Shown here: piece after piece, positions 52,205 through 62,313 of the stretch
How positions within the stretch are numbered: the stretch's first letter is position 1
How the letters are laid out: each line of letters begins with the position of its first letter
Source: an uncultured delta proteobacterium
Lineage (GTDB): Bacteria > Desulfobacterota > Binatia > UBA9968
Length of the DNA: 64,000 bases
NCBI GenBank assembly: GCA_963745835.1
Contig: CAVUZH010000003.1
Location: 608,001-672,000 of the forward strand
Direction of reading: 5' to 3'
The notes under the pieces: generated by a model
Database searches by the model: none
Told to the model about the DNA's origin: nothing
The model's input: the letters and a program-made list of their open reading frames with translations, nothing else
Position numbers and translations under genes: made by a program

Positions 52205-52957
52205 ATGCCCGGAATGCATTCACCTGAAGAGCTGATCGCGGATCTTCAGAATACGCTACAGCAGCGCCATCCAAAACCCCACCCGATTCGCCAGCTGCTC
52301 CTGAGCGGGCGGCTGACCAGGGAGCAGCTCCAGTGGTGGGCCAAAAATCAGTTTCATGAGTTTCGCAACATTCATCGCTTTTTCGGCATTCGTTATCACA
52401 AGTGTCCGGTTCCGGAGTTACGGCGCTTGTTATTGGAAAACATGGTGGAAGAAGAAGGAGAAGATTTGTTCGGCGGCAAATATCCTAGTCATCGCGAGCT
52501 CTGGGTGCAATTTGCCGGCGGATTGGGCATTCCGGCCGATGAAATATTGAATTACGAGCCTTTGCCGGCAATTCGCGCTGCTCTGGAGATGTATGTTTCT
52601 CTGGTGCAGCAGAGTCATTGGGCCGTAGCGATCGGAACGGGACTTGTCTTCGAGGGAGGCGGGCCTAAGCGCATGAAAGAGGAGCGTGAAGCGATAGAGA
52701 AATACTATCCCTGGATTCCGACGAGCACTTTGGATTTCTTCCGTGCTCACGAGTATCACGATGAAGGTCATGGCGACATGGTGACCAAGGTGATCAAGCA
52801 ACACTGTATGGAGGAGAGGCTGCAAGCTGAAATGCGCGAAGCCGTCAAGCAGAGGGCCGACATCATGTGGTTGCAGAATGATAGCATCTACAACGCCTTT
52901 GTCCGGCCGTCGCTGGCGCCGCAAACGATTCAAGAGATCGAAGGACCCTTGCGATAG
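52205..52957 (+). CDS. Heme-oxygenase-like diiron protein (PqqC/CADD/TenA superfamily)
   Basis: EN..EEEG, SH.ELW, FE, FF..H...D..H ligand pattern. Confidence 0.85.
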   Translation: MPGMHSPEELIADLQNTLQQRHPKPHPIRQLLLSGRLTREQLQWWAKNQFHEFRNIHRFFGIRYHKCPVPELRRLLLENMVEEEGEDLFGGKYPSHRELWVQFAGGLGIPADEILNYEPLPAIRAALEMYVSLVQQSHWAVAIGTGLVFEGGGPKRMKEEREAIEKYYPWIPTSTLDFFRAHEYHDEGHGDMVTKVIKQHCMEERLQAEMREAVKQRADIMWLQNDSIYNAFVRPSLAPQTIQEIEGPLR

Positions 52958-53004
52958 CGCGAAGTTGAGCTCGACGAAAACCACTTAACGGTCGAAGGTT
53001 TTGC

Positions 53005-54058
53005 ATGGCTGTTAATATTAGAATGATTGACTTGCGGAGCGATACGGTAACTAAACCGTCAGCGGCAATGCGCCGTGCGATGGCCGAGGCGGAAGTCGGC
53101 GATGACGTGTTCATGGAAGATCCGAGTGTCAATCGTTTGCAGCAGCGGGCCGCGGAAATTTTTGGACGAGAAGCGGGATTGTTAGTTCCATCAGGCTCGA
53201 TGGGTAACCTGGTCTGTATCATGGCACAAACTCAGCCTGGGCAAGAAGTGATCTGCGAAGCGGCCGGGCATATCTACAATTACGAAATGGCCGCCATGGC
53301 CGCCATTGCCGGCGTTCTCCCTCGGGTGGTCAACGCCAGCAACGGGATTATGACTTGGGAACAGATATCTCAGGCGATTAGACCGAAGGCTTATTTTCGT
53401 CCGCAAACCGGCCTAGTGTCTCTGGAGAATACCCACAACATGGCCGGGGGTACGGTTTATCCGACTCGTTTGGCGCATGCAATCTGCGATCATGCTCATG
53501 AGGCGGGGCTAAGAGTCCATCTCGACGGCGCGCGAGTCTTCAACGCGGCGGTTCACATTGGTCAGAGTGTCGCAGAAATTACCAAGAAATTCGATTCCGT
53601 TCAGTTTTGTTTGAGCAAGGGATTGGGTGCTCCGGTGGGATCGATGATTGTCGGTTCACGCGAATTCATCGAACGCTGCCGTTCGATCCGCAAAATGCTC
53701 GGCGGCGGCATGCGCCAGGCCGGCGTTATCGCTGCAGCAGGTTTGATTGCGTTGGAGGACGGACCAAAGCGTCTCTACATCGATCACGAAAACGCCAAAG
53801 ATACTGGCGCAGGGACTCGCCGCGATTCCGGGCATACGCGTTGATCCGAGCTATGTTCAGACCAATATCGTGATTTACGATGTGCGGGAAACCAAGCTAA
53901 GCTCCGCCGAGTTTCTCGAAAGGATCGGTCGGCGCCAAGTTCTCGGAGTGCCGGTTGACGCAGAGCGGATTCGAATGGTGACCCATTTGGACGTAGATCG
54001 ATCCGATGTCGAGGCGGCAGTGGGTATCATTGCCGAAGCCTTACGTTGCCGCAACTAA
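53005..54058 (+). CDS. ltaE: Low-specificity L-threonine aldolase (frameshift near 53800)
   Basis: IDLRSDTVT, VGDDV, SG.MGN, ENTHN, HLDGAR, CLSKGLGAPVGS, GGGMRQAG. Confidence 0.93.
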
Positions 54059-54258
54059 AGTTTCCCTCGGGCAGTAATTCTCGACATTTGGCGCTCAACG
54101 TTCTATGTGCTCCTGGTGATCAGTCAGTCGCCAAACGCACAAGCCGCCCGACACCGCGCTCAAAGATCACAATCGCATGATCCTCAATCACTCGTAAATA
54201 TCAGAAGCCCGCGTAAGCTAATTGAACTCCGTTGCAGGAAAAACCCACCGTTGAAGGA

Positions 54259-55176
54259 TTAGAACGCGAGCCCGAGAAGCTTTGCCGCCGTCCCGCCGAG
54301 GATTTTTTGTTTGTCGGCATCTGAAATCCGCAGGTTCTGCACTGTATCAACGGCTCTCTTGAGGGGAAGCGGTACAGGCGGAGAATCGCTACCGAAAACG
54401 ACGTGGTCGATGCCCATGGTATCGATTGCGCATTGGACTGCCGCCGGGTGGTAGGAGACGGTGTCTACATAAAGTTGCCCGATATAACTTGCCGGCGGCC
54501 GGGTCATGACATCCGGTTCCCACGGACCGAAGCTCATGTCTTTGCGCAACTCATAGCCGACACCATAACGGCCCGGCAGCATCGGTAGAGCTCCGCCAAC
54601 ATGGGCGCAGATCATCTTCAGCTTCGGGAAGCGTTCGAAGCCTCCGGTGAAGATGAATCGTGTGAGAGCAAGCGTAGTGTCGAAAGGTCTACCGAGCATC
54701 TCCGGAAGGCGGAAAATTTCCATTTTTTCATTGCCGATGGTGAACTTCGGTGGATGCACAAAAAGCGGAACTTCAAGCTCGCTGGCCAATTCAAAAAACG
54801 GCGCCGCGCGCGGCGAATCGAGGTACTCGCCGTTCACGCTCGTGTTGATCATGATCCCTCTGAGTTTGTAGTCGCGGATCGCTTTTTCGGTTTCCTTCAG
54901 GATTTTGCCGCTATCAAATGGCACCGAACAGGCCAGACCGAGCAGCCGTTTTGGGTATTTCGCCGTCAACTCGGCGGCATGCTCGTTGAATTCTTGCACC
55001 ACGCGGAGCGGATCGGCGCCGTCGGGTGAGCGAATCCAATTGTTCCCGAAAACTGTGATATCGACCCCAGCTTCATCCTGCTCTCTGAAAAGAGCGTCGA
55101 GATCGAAAACCGTTTTGGGGGACTTGGGATCAAACCAACTTTGAGGCATCAGATGCGCATGACAATCAATGATCAT
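54259..55176 (-). CDS. Amidohydrolase_2 family (ACMS decarboxylase-like)
   Basis: IDCHAH, FVHP, AHVGG, FGSD. Confidence 0.9.
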   Translation of the reverse strand: MIIDCHAHLMPQSWFDPKSPKTVFDLDALFREQDEAGVDITVFGNNWIRSPDGADPLRVVQEFNEHAAELTAKYPKRLLGLACSVPFDSGKILKETEKAIRDYKLRGIMINTSVNGEYLDSPRAAPFFELASELEVPLFVHPPKFTIGNEKMEIFRLPEMLGRPFDTTLALTRFIFTGGFERFPKLKMICAHVGGALPMLPGRYGVGYELRKDMSFGPWEPDVMTRPPASYIGQLYVDTVSYHPAAVQCAIDTMGIDHVVFGSDSPPVPLPLKRAVDTVQNLRISDADKQKILGGTAAKLLGLAF

Positions 55177-55266
55177 AACGAGTTGACCCTTCCTGAGTAA
55201 AATTCAAACAGTCGCTATCAAATTTTTTGAGAACAGCGCGACATAGTTAATGGGAACAGTGACAGA

Positions 55267-55584
55267 TCACGGCGAAGTAAGCTTCAGGCCGATTATGCCT
55301 GCAACAATCACTGTAATGCACGCCAGGCGCGCCGGAGCAGCGGATTCACCGAACAGAATGATTCCCAAAATAGCTGTCCCGGCGGCACCGATCCCGGTCC
55401 AAATGGCGTATCCAGTTCCGACAGGAATTACCTTCAGGGCCTGGGCGAGAAAGTAGAAACTGGCAACCATTCCAGCGACGGTGAACAGATTGGGCCAAAG
55501 CCTACTAAACCCTTCGGTATATTTAAGGCTAATAGCCCAAAGAACTTCCAGAATTCCAGCTATCGCCAGATTGATCCAAGCCAT
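55267..55584 (-). CDS. sugE: SMR transporter, Gdx/SugE subtype
   Basis: [32 protein letters not shown]. Confidence 0.9.
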   Translation of the reverse strand: MAWINLAIAGILEVLWAISLKYTEGFSRLWPNLFTVAGMVASFYFLAQALKVIPVGTGYAIWTGIGAAGTAILGIILFGESAAPARLACITVIVAGIIGLKLTSP

Positions 55585-55951
55585 CGTTAGCCTAGCCTAC
55601 TTACCTAGCAGAAAAACCACGCGTTCAAGATCGATCATAATCTATGGTAAATTCGCGAGACACACAACTTTTGATTCACCCTTTTGTAATTAGCGTGAAA
55701 TGATCAGAGGATCTTATTGTCGATGGTTCCATTCGCCCACTAGTCGCCTGACATTTCGCCATGCTGCGCAAATCGACTGCGGCCCAGGATTGAGCTGAAG
55801 CTGAGTAGCCGGCTGAATGCGACGATCTCGGCCGTTGTCACCCTCCAGCGAAATATGTAGATCGCTAGCAGGAACTTCGAAGAGGAATCGATCTATGTTT
55901 TAACTCCATCAGACCACCACGGGTCTAAATAGAGTTAGCGTTCCCAAAACA

Positions 55952-55982
55952 AAAATGGGCTTGTCGTAGACAAGCCCATTTT
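55952..55982. terminator. Strong rho-independent terminator (best U-tract on minus strand)
   Basis: AAAATGGGCTTGTC-GTA-GACAAGCCCATTTT, perfect 14-bp stem. Confidence 0.85.
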
Positions 55983-55996
55983 GCTTCTGAAGCTCT

Positions 55997-56069
55997 CGCC
56001 TTGTCTTCTGCCTAAGAACGTGGCTTCATTCTAGTGGATGTTTAAGTGGTCCGCTGGCCTCCGGCGGCG
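55997..56069 (-). ncRNA. Candidate structured small RNA (resembles Acido-Lenti-1 motif)
   Basis: CGCC-GGAGG-CCAGCGGA-CCACTTAAACA-TCCACTAG-AATGAA-GCC...GGC...GGCG directly followed by the terminator; family call from memory, not verified. Confidence 0.5.
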
Positions 56070-56141
56070 TTCTCGGTAATTTTCGCAACCGTCAACTATG
56101 TTAATGCGGGTTATTTGGATTATCGAAAGGAGCGGGCGAGC

Positions 56142-56690
56142 ATGATCGTATTGAGCCCCGAGGGAAAAGCACAGAGTTCGGGAATGCAAATGGCTGCATT
56201 GCCCCAATTTCTGGATCTCCACGGCAAGATTGTTGGCTTGTTGGATAATAGTAAACCGAATGCCGACAAATTACAGGAACGTCTGGCTGAATTGCTGAAG
56301 GAGCGCGTCGGCGTTGCAGGTGTTGTTGCTCGCCGCAAGATTACCGCGCAGCAAGGCGCACCCAAGCAATATCTTGATGAGCTGGCGGCTCAGGCGGATT
56401 TCGTCCTCAGCGGTCTGGGAGATTGAGGCTCCTGCACGTCGTGGAGTGTCCACGACTCAATCGAACTTCAGAAGCGCGGCAGATTTGCTGTCACCGTGAT
56501 CACTCATGCCTTTGAAGCATTAGCCAAGTCTGAAAGAGAAGCATTCGGGTCGCCAGATCATCCGGTGCTTATCGTTCGTCATCCGATAGGCACGATCAAG
56601 TTAGAGGAAGTTAATAGACAGGCTGAGACGGTGATCGATAAACTAATTGAGATCTTGATCGAGCCCGAGCGGAAGGTGAACGTTGCCTGA
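56142..56690 (+). CDS. UGSC-family selenoprotein (Sec at UGA 56424-56426), 182 aa
   Basis: ORF-track pieces 56046-56426 and 56496-56690 are in frame; read-through gives GLGD-U-GSCTSWSVHD; AAAGGAG RBS. Confidence 0.9.
56438..56456 (+). promoter_or_regulatory. Bacterial SECIS-like hairpin
   Basis: GTCGTGGA-GTG-TCCACGAC, 8-bp stem beginning after an 11-nt spacer from UGA, G in apical loop. Confidence 0.8.
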
Positions 56691-56773
56691 TCACATCATT
56701 TTAGAATTTTCCATTGAGTTTTTTGGCGCGACCATCCGGAGATATCCCGGACATTGGAATTGGGAGTAACCTC

Positions 56774-57826
56774 ATGAATCCTAGCGCGCTGCAGTCCGAA
56801 AGATTCGAAGTCGACGACGAACTCTGGGCGGCGCAAACTTACTTCGAGGAAAAGGGCTGGACCGATGGTTTGCCGATTGTACCGCCGACGGAAGAGCGCG
56901 TCTTGCAAATGCTTGCTGCGACGCAACGAGATCCTCAGGAGGTGATCGGCGTTGTTCCACCAAGGTGGGCGCCAGCGACGGTTGAGAAGATTGCGATCAA
57001 CGCAGTGATGGCAGGGTGCAAGCCCGAATATATGACGCTTTTGATCGCGGCCGTGGAAGCACTCACCGACCCCAAGTTGAATCTGTATGCTTTGCAAGCC
57101 ACCACAGGCGGGCCTGCGGTGATGATTATCGTTAACGGTCCGATCCGCAATCGACTTAAGATCAACGGCGGTTCGAATGCATTAGGCGAAGGATGGCGCG
57201 CCAATGCCACTATCGGACGCTGTGTGCGTCTGATCCAGCGCAATATCGGCGGTTCGTATCCGGGCACTACTTGCAAGGCAACCCTGGGCTGGCCGGGTAA
57301 ATATTCGATGTGCATTGGCGAAAACGAAGAGGCAAGCCCATGGGCGCCGCTCCACGTCGAGCGCGGTTTCAAAGCCGACCAAAGCACGGTAACGGCAATC
57401 AGCGCCGATGCTTCGGTGCGCGCCTCGGATCTGGACAGCACCAGAGCGGAAGGCGTGTTGATTAATTTCGCCCAAAAAATGAATGGCCCTTCGGGGCCCG
57501 AAGCGATTATGGTTATCTGCCCGGAGCATGCCAAGATCATCGCCGATGACGGTTTTAGCAAGAAAGACGTACAGAACTTCATCTGGCAGCGGGCGGCGTA
57601 CAGAATGAAAGAATTGCCCGAGGAGACTTTCTATCAACGTGTCAAACGCAGGCCTGACTTAAACCTCACGCGCGACAGCGTGATCCCCGTGACGGATAAG
57701 CCGGAAGACATCCTCGTTATCGTTGCTGGCGGCGACGGCTCGCAATCGCAATATATACACGTCTGGGGACAGAGCACCCCCGAAGGCGGCTCTACACGAT
57801 CTGTCACAAAGGTTGTTCAGAGTTAG
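56774..57826 (+). CDS. UGSC-associated conserved protein
   Basis: GWTDGLPIVPPT, ATVEKIAINAVMAGC, NGP, RANATIGR, ENEE.SPW.P.HVERG, I.VAGG. Confidence 0.88.
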   Translation: MNPSALQSERFEVDDELWAAQTYFEEKGWTDGLPIVPPTEERVLQMLAATQRDPQEVIGVVPPRWAPATVEKIAINAVMAGCKPEYMTLLIAAVEALTDPKLNLYALQATTGGPAVMIIVNGPIRNRLKINGGSNALGEGWRANATIGRCVRLIQRNIGGSYPGTTCKATLGWPGKYSMCIGENEEASPWAPLHVERGFKADQSTVTAISADASVRASDLDSTRAEGVLINFAQKMNGPSGPEAIMVICPEHAKIIADDGFSKKDVQNFIWQRAAYRMKELPEETFYQRVKRRPDLNLTRDSVIPVTDKPEDILVIVAGGDGSQSQYIHVWGQSTPEGGSTRSVTKVVQS

Positions 57827-58414
57827 GTAAAGGCGCAATCGAATAATCCACGAGTTGATCGCGAGAGCAAACAAGGCCGTCCAGGCTCCTGACGGGAGCG
57901 ATCGATTGCGGTAGTTCTTTATTATTTCTCCAGTTTACTTAGGCCGAAACTATTCATCAGGCATAAACGGCCCGCGCCGTCCCTGATCGCTACATACGCT
58001 TTGTGTGCGGATTTGCGTATACACAAGACGAGCATCAAGGAAGCAGTTTGCGACCTTCCAAGCGCGTTTGTACGCCACTACGTGCCTAACTCGTTAAACT
58101 ACTGATCTGCTCACTGCGCCGAAGAAAAGCAAATCGGCGGCGCAATAACTTGAAAGCCCCGACACACCCCATCCCGGGCCAGGTGGCCCAGTCTTGATTC
58201 GTATCTCCCTCCGCGATATGTAACTGCCGCCGCTTACGCCGAGAGCACACATGAAGATAAGCACCGTCAGAACTCATCCCGCCATCAAAGGGACACGGCA
58301 TTCTCATTGTCTTTCGATGATGGAGGCTAGACTTGTGTGCGCAGCGCCCGGTAGAGAACGCCTCGCATCTTATACCTTGCGCCGTAGACAATCAGCACCA
58401 TTGGAGATTTCAAC

Positions 58415-59278
58415 ATGGCCCCACCGAAGCTCAATTTCGCCCTCAGCTGCCAAGATCTACGGGAATTTCAAGGGTCCGGGATCGCCGGTCCATTCCGACT
58501 GCTCGCAGATCATGAAGTTGAAGCAGTTCTCAGAAAACTGAGTATAGCTAAGGCAAAATTATTCTTTTGGCACAGGATATTATCCCGTAGCTTGTTCCTG
58601 ACAAAGTTTTTTAGAGACGCAAGATGGGGTAAAGCGACGTGGCTTAAGGGTATGCACCTGGTATCCCCAACAGCCTACGCCCTGTCTACGAACGAAGCAA
58701 TTCTCGATAAAATTCAATCCATCCTTGGCCCGAATCTCGTTCAGTGGGGCACATTGTTCATCAGCCAGAAGCCGGGAATACTACACCAATGGCACGTCGA
58801 TGCCGACTGCCTGGAATGTGAAGGCATAACCGTCTGGCTTGCTCTCGATAATCTCAATGACATGACTGCAATGAAGGTAATTAGCGGATCGCACCGCCTA
58901 CCAGTTCATCCGGCGCAACTTAGCAGTTCCTGTGGGCTGAATACCAGCGATGATGATGCAGTAGTGAAAGCAGCACGAGAACTCGATGCCACTTGCGAAC
59001 TAAGGACATTGAAAGTAAAACCGGGCGAGTTTTATATATTCTTTGGTCGGGTGTGGCACTCGATCCGAAACCGCTCCCAACAGCCACGCAGTGCCATCAC
59101 GTTTCAGTACTCCCCTACGAGAGCGAAGGTAAAAATGCCTGCAGCGGAGTACGAGTTTCCTTTTGTATGGGACTCTCGACCGGTCCCATGTTGTCTGGTG
59201 CGCGGAATTGACGAGTACGGACTGAACCTCCTGGTCAAGCCCCCGATGGCTGCAGAGCGGCCGGCGCGAGCAGAGTAA
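58415..59278 (+). CDS. PhyH-family Fe(II)/2-oxoglutarate dioxygenase
   Basis: WHVD, VWLALD, GSH, WHS..N.S..PR. Confidence 0.88.
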   Translation: MAPPKLNFALSCQDLREFQGSGIAGPFRLLADHEVEAVLRKLSIAKAKLFFWHRILSRSLFLTKFFRDARWGKATWLKGMHLVSPTAYALSTNEAILDKIQSILGPNLVQWGTLFISQKPGILHQWHVDADCLECEGITVWLALDNLNDMTAMKVISGSHRLPVHPAQLSSSCGLNTSDDDAVVKAARELDATCELRTLKVKPGEFYIFFGRVWHSIRNRSQQPRSAITFQYSPTRAKVKMPAAEYEFPFVWDSRPVPCCLVRGIDEYGLNLLVKPPMAAERPARAE

Positions 59279-59602
59279 AGGCTGGATTGTGGCTGTTCAA
59301 TCCGCAGGCATAGTGATCTGTTGTTAGGACCTTGACCAGCTACGATGCTCCAGGTTCGATTTGAGACAAATCCAATCACGATGTACATGACGGGACGGTG
59401 CGCTTAACAGTGAAGTGATCGACGATTGCAGTTTCAGAAGTCACTGGGGTCCAGATAGAGCGTAACTTGCACTAACATTTTACCGGCTATTAACGGGAGG
59501 CGCGTGTTCATGAAATTATGGTAGCTTCTCCGGGATACAATTTCTGTCGGATTCTCAACATTGAAAAGTTCTGTACCAGATGCTCCCGATAACCCGCTAC
59601 CA

Positions 59603-60624
59603 TCACTTGTACGCGACACCGGCACTTGCAGGTCCTGCCAACGGAATCACCTCGGTTCTGCTGAAGCCCGCCTCCGACACCAACCGAAGAAATCGGCGGC
59701 CGTAAAATCAAAGGCATCACCGAACTCGATCAACATATTTAGCGACATAAGTAGCCCGAAAGCGTTTTCGCGTCGCGCATCATCGATCAGGTTCTCGATT
59801 ACGACGAAAGCGCCCCCCGCAGGCAAGGCTTCGTAAGCTGCGCCGACAAGTTGCATTTTCTTCTCTAGATTCCAGTCGTGGAGGATCATGCCCATCGTAA
59901 TCACATCCGCTTTCGGCAGCGGCTCCGCGAAAAAATCAAGAGACGTTGTCGAGACGCGATCCGCAAGGCCCGCTGCCGAAATCTTTCGCTCCGCAATCCG
60001 GGTGGCCGCCGGAAGGTCGGCCGAAATGCATCGAAGGTGAGGATGTTTTTTGGCCACGAGCATTGACAACTGCCCGGTCGCGCCGCCGATATCACAGAGC
60101 GTGTGGTAACGGGAGAAATCAAATTTGTCGGCGAACGCCTGAAAATTGGCCGCGGAGATTCCACTCATCGCATCCATAAATTGTTCGAGCCGTTCTGGCC
60201 TGCTGTAGAGCTCCGCGAACATGGACGCGCCGGTGTGCTTGATTTCATTTTGCGGCTTGCCGGTCCGCAGGCCTTCGGTGAGATCACCCCAGAATCGGTA
60301 GAGGCGAGAATTGGCCATTTCCAGAAAACCGCCCATGAACTGCGGGCTGCGCCGGTCGAGGAACAACGCCGTTTCTTCGCTATTACGATAGCGCGCCTCC
60401 GGTCCATCGCCATCCCGCTGCAAAAAACGCAGTGCCACCAAGGTATCGAAGAGATCGGGGTTGGCTCTCGGGTGCAACTGAAGAGCAACCTGCAGCTCGC
60501 GCCCGGTCATGGAAGTTCCCCCGAGCTCTGTAAAAACCCCCAACTCTATGGCGGAAAGCAGGACCTTGGCCGGCCAGAAACCCAGGCCAACCTCCATGAT
60601 TCTGGCTGGCGATAAAATTTCCAT
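59603..60624 (-). CDS. SAM-dependent O-methyltransferase (family 2, dimerisation domain); frameshift near 3' end
   Basis: SAIELGVF, DIGGATG, DFF, ILHDW; C-terminus EAGFSRTEVIPLAGPASAGVAYK in shifted frame. Confidence 0.9.
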
Positions 60625-60762
60625 AGCTGATGCTCCTTTCTCAACGATCACGGTCAGCAGCTTCTCGCCAGCAATGGTCTGGGCTTCGAAAATCGAGTGC
60701 CGTTTGATCGTTAAGAAAGATCCCGTAACTTGTCTTTCCCGTCGATGCAAGTCCCTCGGCAG

Positions 60763-61785
60763 TTACATGCCGGATTTCGTATCTCTGACGAGGACGGGGA
60801 TGGAGCACTGCGTTACGCCGTAGATGGGAACGTTACAGTCGGTGATTCTTCCAGATATGCTCATCGGCGGTGAAAAATTCGGCTGGCCCGGTGCGTTTAC
60901 GTTGGTGATGCACAATCTGGCCAGCGATTCCATGGGCCGGCATCGGTTCAGATTACCACCAATCGGAAGATCGGGAATAACGGGTATCAAGAAACAATCC
61001 TCCGGATCTTTTGGCGGGTCAGTGAATGGAGCCTTGGTCGGACCAAAGGCCTTGATGATTTCCTGTAGAACAGGGGTGTCTTGCCCATTGTTGATATTGA
61101 TACAGCTGCCAATCCCAACGGGAGGGATTGCTCCACAACTGGCTGACACCATATCTCTCATCGTATTCACGTTTGCCGAGCTTTGAGTGAAGCTCGTGAA
61201 TGCGGAATTGTCGCTTGTACTCGGGGTTTGGCTCCATGATGCGGTAAAGTTACCGACCGTACAGCCGACTATCGTAAACGGTAATTCCGGTCTCTTCTGA
61301 AGGACCGCAGTTGCCGTGACATTCAGGTTGGCTGTGGCAGGAGACGAGTATCCCATGAGGTTCAAGAGAGGTGTTAGAAAAAGCGGTGAAGCTATCGAGC
61401 TCTTCGTGTTACCCGTATAAGGATTGGTTCCGGCCGCTTCCAATCCGACTCGCACCCCATTAGCTGTGCCGTAGGATGCGGCGAGTTCGATCGAAGATCC
61501 GTTGTAGAAAATAGGAGTGATATTGGTCGCGCCCAGACTGCTGCCTGTTTGGCCGGTATAATCATTGGTCGCATTGTAGGCGGCGACTCGCGACTCGACT
61601 TCTGCTTGGCCGGATATCAGCCCGGACACGGCAGATAGGGCGGCCGCATCCACTGCGGGTTGCGCCTGGCTTCTAACGTAGCTCAGCATCCCCGTATCCA
61701 ATCCCATGCCGACCATAATTAGTAGCAGGGTTATCGCCAGCGTTACAAAAACCAAGACCGAGCCGTGGTTGTTCAAGCGAGTCAT
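60763..61785 (-). CDS. tadG: TadG-like pilus assembly protein
   Basis: G-SVLVFV prepilin-like N-terminus, D.G, Q.AVDAAAL; Cys-rich C-terminus. Confidence 0.8.
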   Translation of the reverse strand: MTRLNNHGSVLVFVTLAITLLLIMVGMGLDTGMLSYVRSQAQPAVDAAALSAVSGLISGQAEVESRVAAYNATNDYTGQTGSSLGATNITPIFYNGSSIELAASYGTANGVRVGLEAAGTNPYTGNTKSSIASPLFLTPLLNLMGYSSPATANLNVTATAVLQKRPELPFTIVGCTVGNFTASWSQTPSTSDNSAFTSFTQSSANVNTMRDMVSASCGAIPPVGIGSCININNGQDTPVLQEIIKAFGPTKAPFTDPPKDPEDCFLIPVIPDLPIGGNLNRCRPMESLARLCITNVNAPGQPNFSPPMSISGRITDCNVPIYGVTQCSIPVLVRDTKSGM

Positions 61786-61812
61786 CTTAGCTCCTTTTAA
61801 AAACGCCGGACA

Positions 61813-62313
61813 TCAGCTGCAGGAACCCGTATTCGTAAGCGCTTGGGAATCGTACCGCATGGCTGTGCTTCGGGTGATCGGCAGCGAAGTGTCTGTGACT
61901 GTACCTGGGATCAGCAGATTCAGTAGCCGGTACCAAAACAAACTGTAACTACCGCTAACGGAGACCACTACTCTTCTCATGCAAGTTGAGGTGCTGCCGC
62001 CATTTAAAGTCGCCGATACATCGGACGCCACGAACTTCCCGCCCGGAAGACGCTTTGTGGCCTCATTCTCAACCGTAGCCGCGACAAATGGATTCATGGA
62101 CGCGCCGATTCGAGCGGCTTCCCGGGTCGCATTCTGAACCATCTGGGCAGTGAAAAACGCGATGCCAAAGTCTACTGGAATATATAAGGTCGCGAGCACC
62201 AGAGGCACGATCAAAGTCAGTTCGACGATACTTTGGCCGTTTAAGCGTCGCCTGCCTGCAATCGAAAGATTGTTCGGGCGACAACTACGGTTAACAGGTA
62301 AATCCATATTCAT
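61813..62313 (-). CDS. tadE: TadE-like minor pilin
   Basis: GQSIVE, DFG, NATREAAR. Confidence 0.88.
   Translation of the reverse strand: MNMDLPVNRSCRPNNLSIAGRRRLNGQSIVELTLIVPLVLATLYIPVDFGIAFFTAQMVQNATREAARIGASMNPFVAATVENEATKRLPGGKFVASDVSATLNGGSTSTCMRRVVVSVSGSYSLFWYRLLNLLIPGTVTDTSLPITRSTAMRYDSQALTNTGSCS

Noticed and set aside
55585-55900. Guanidine riboswitch upstream of sugE/gdx
   Set aside because: No twin ACGR-loop hairpins or guanidine-I consensus visible
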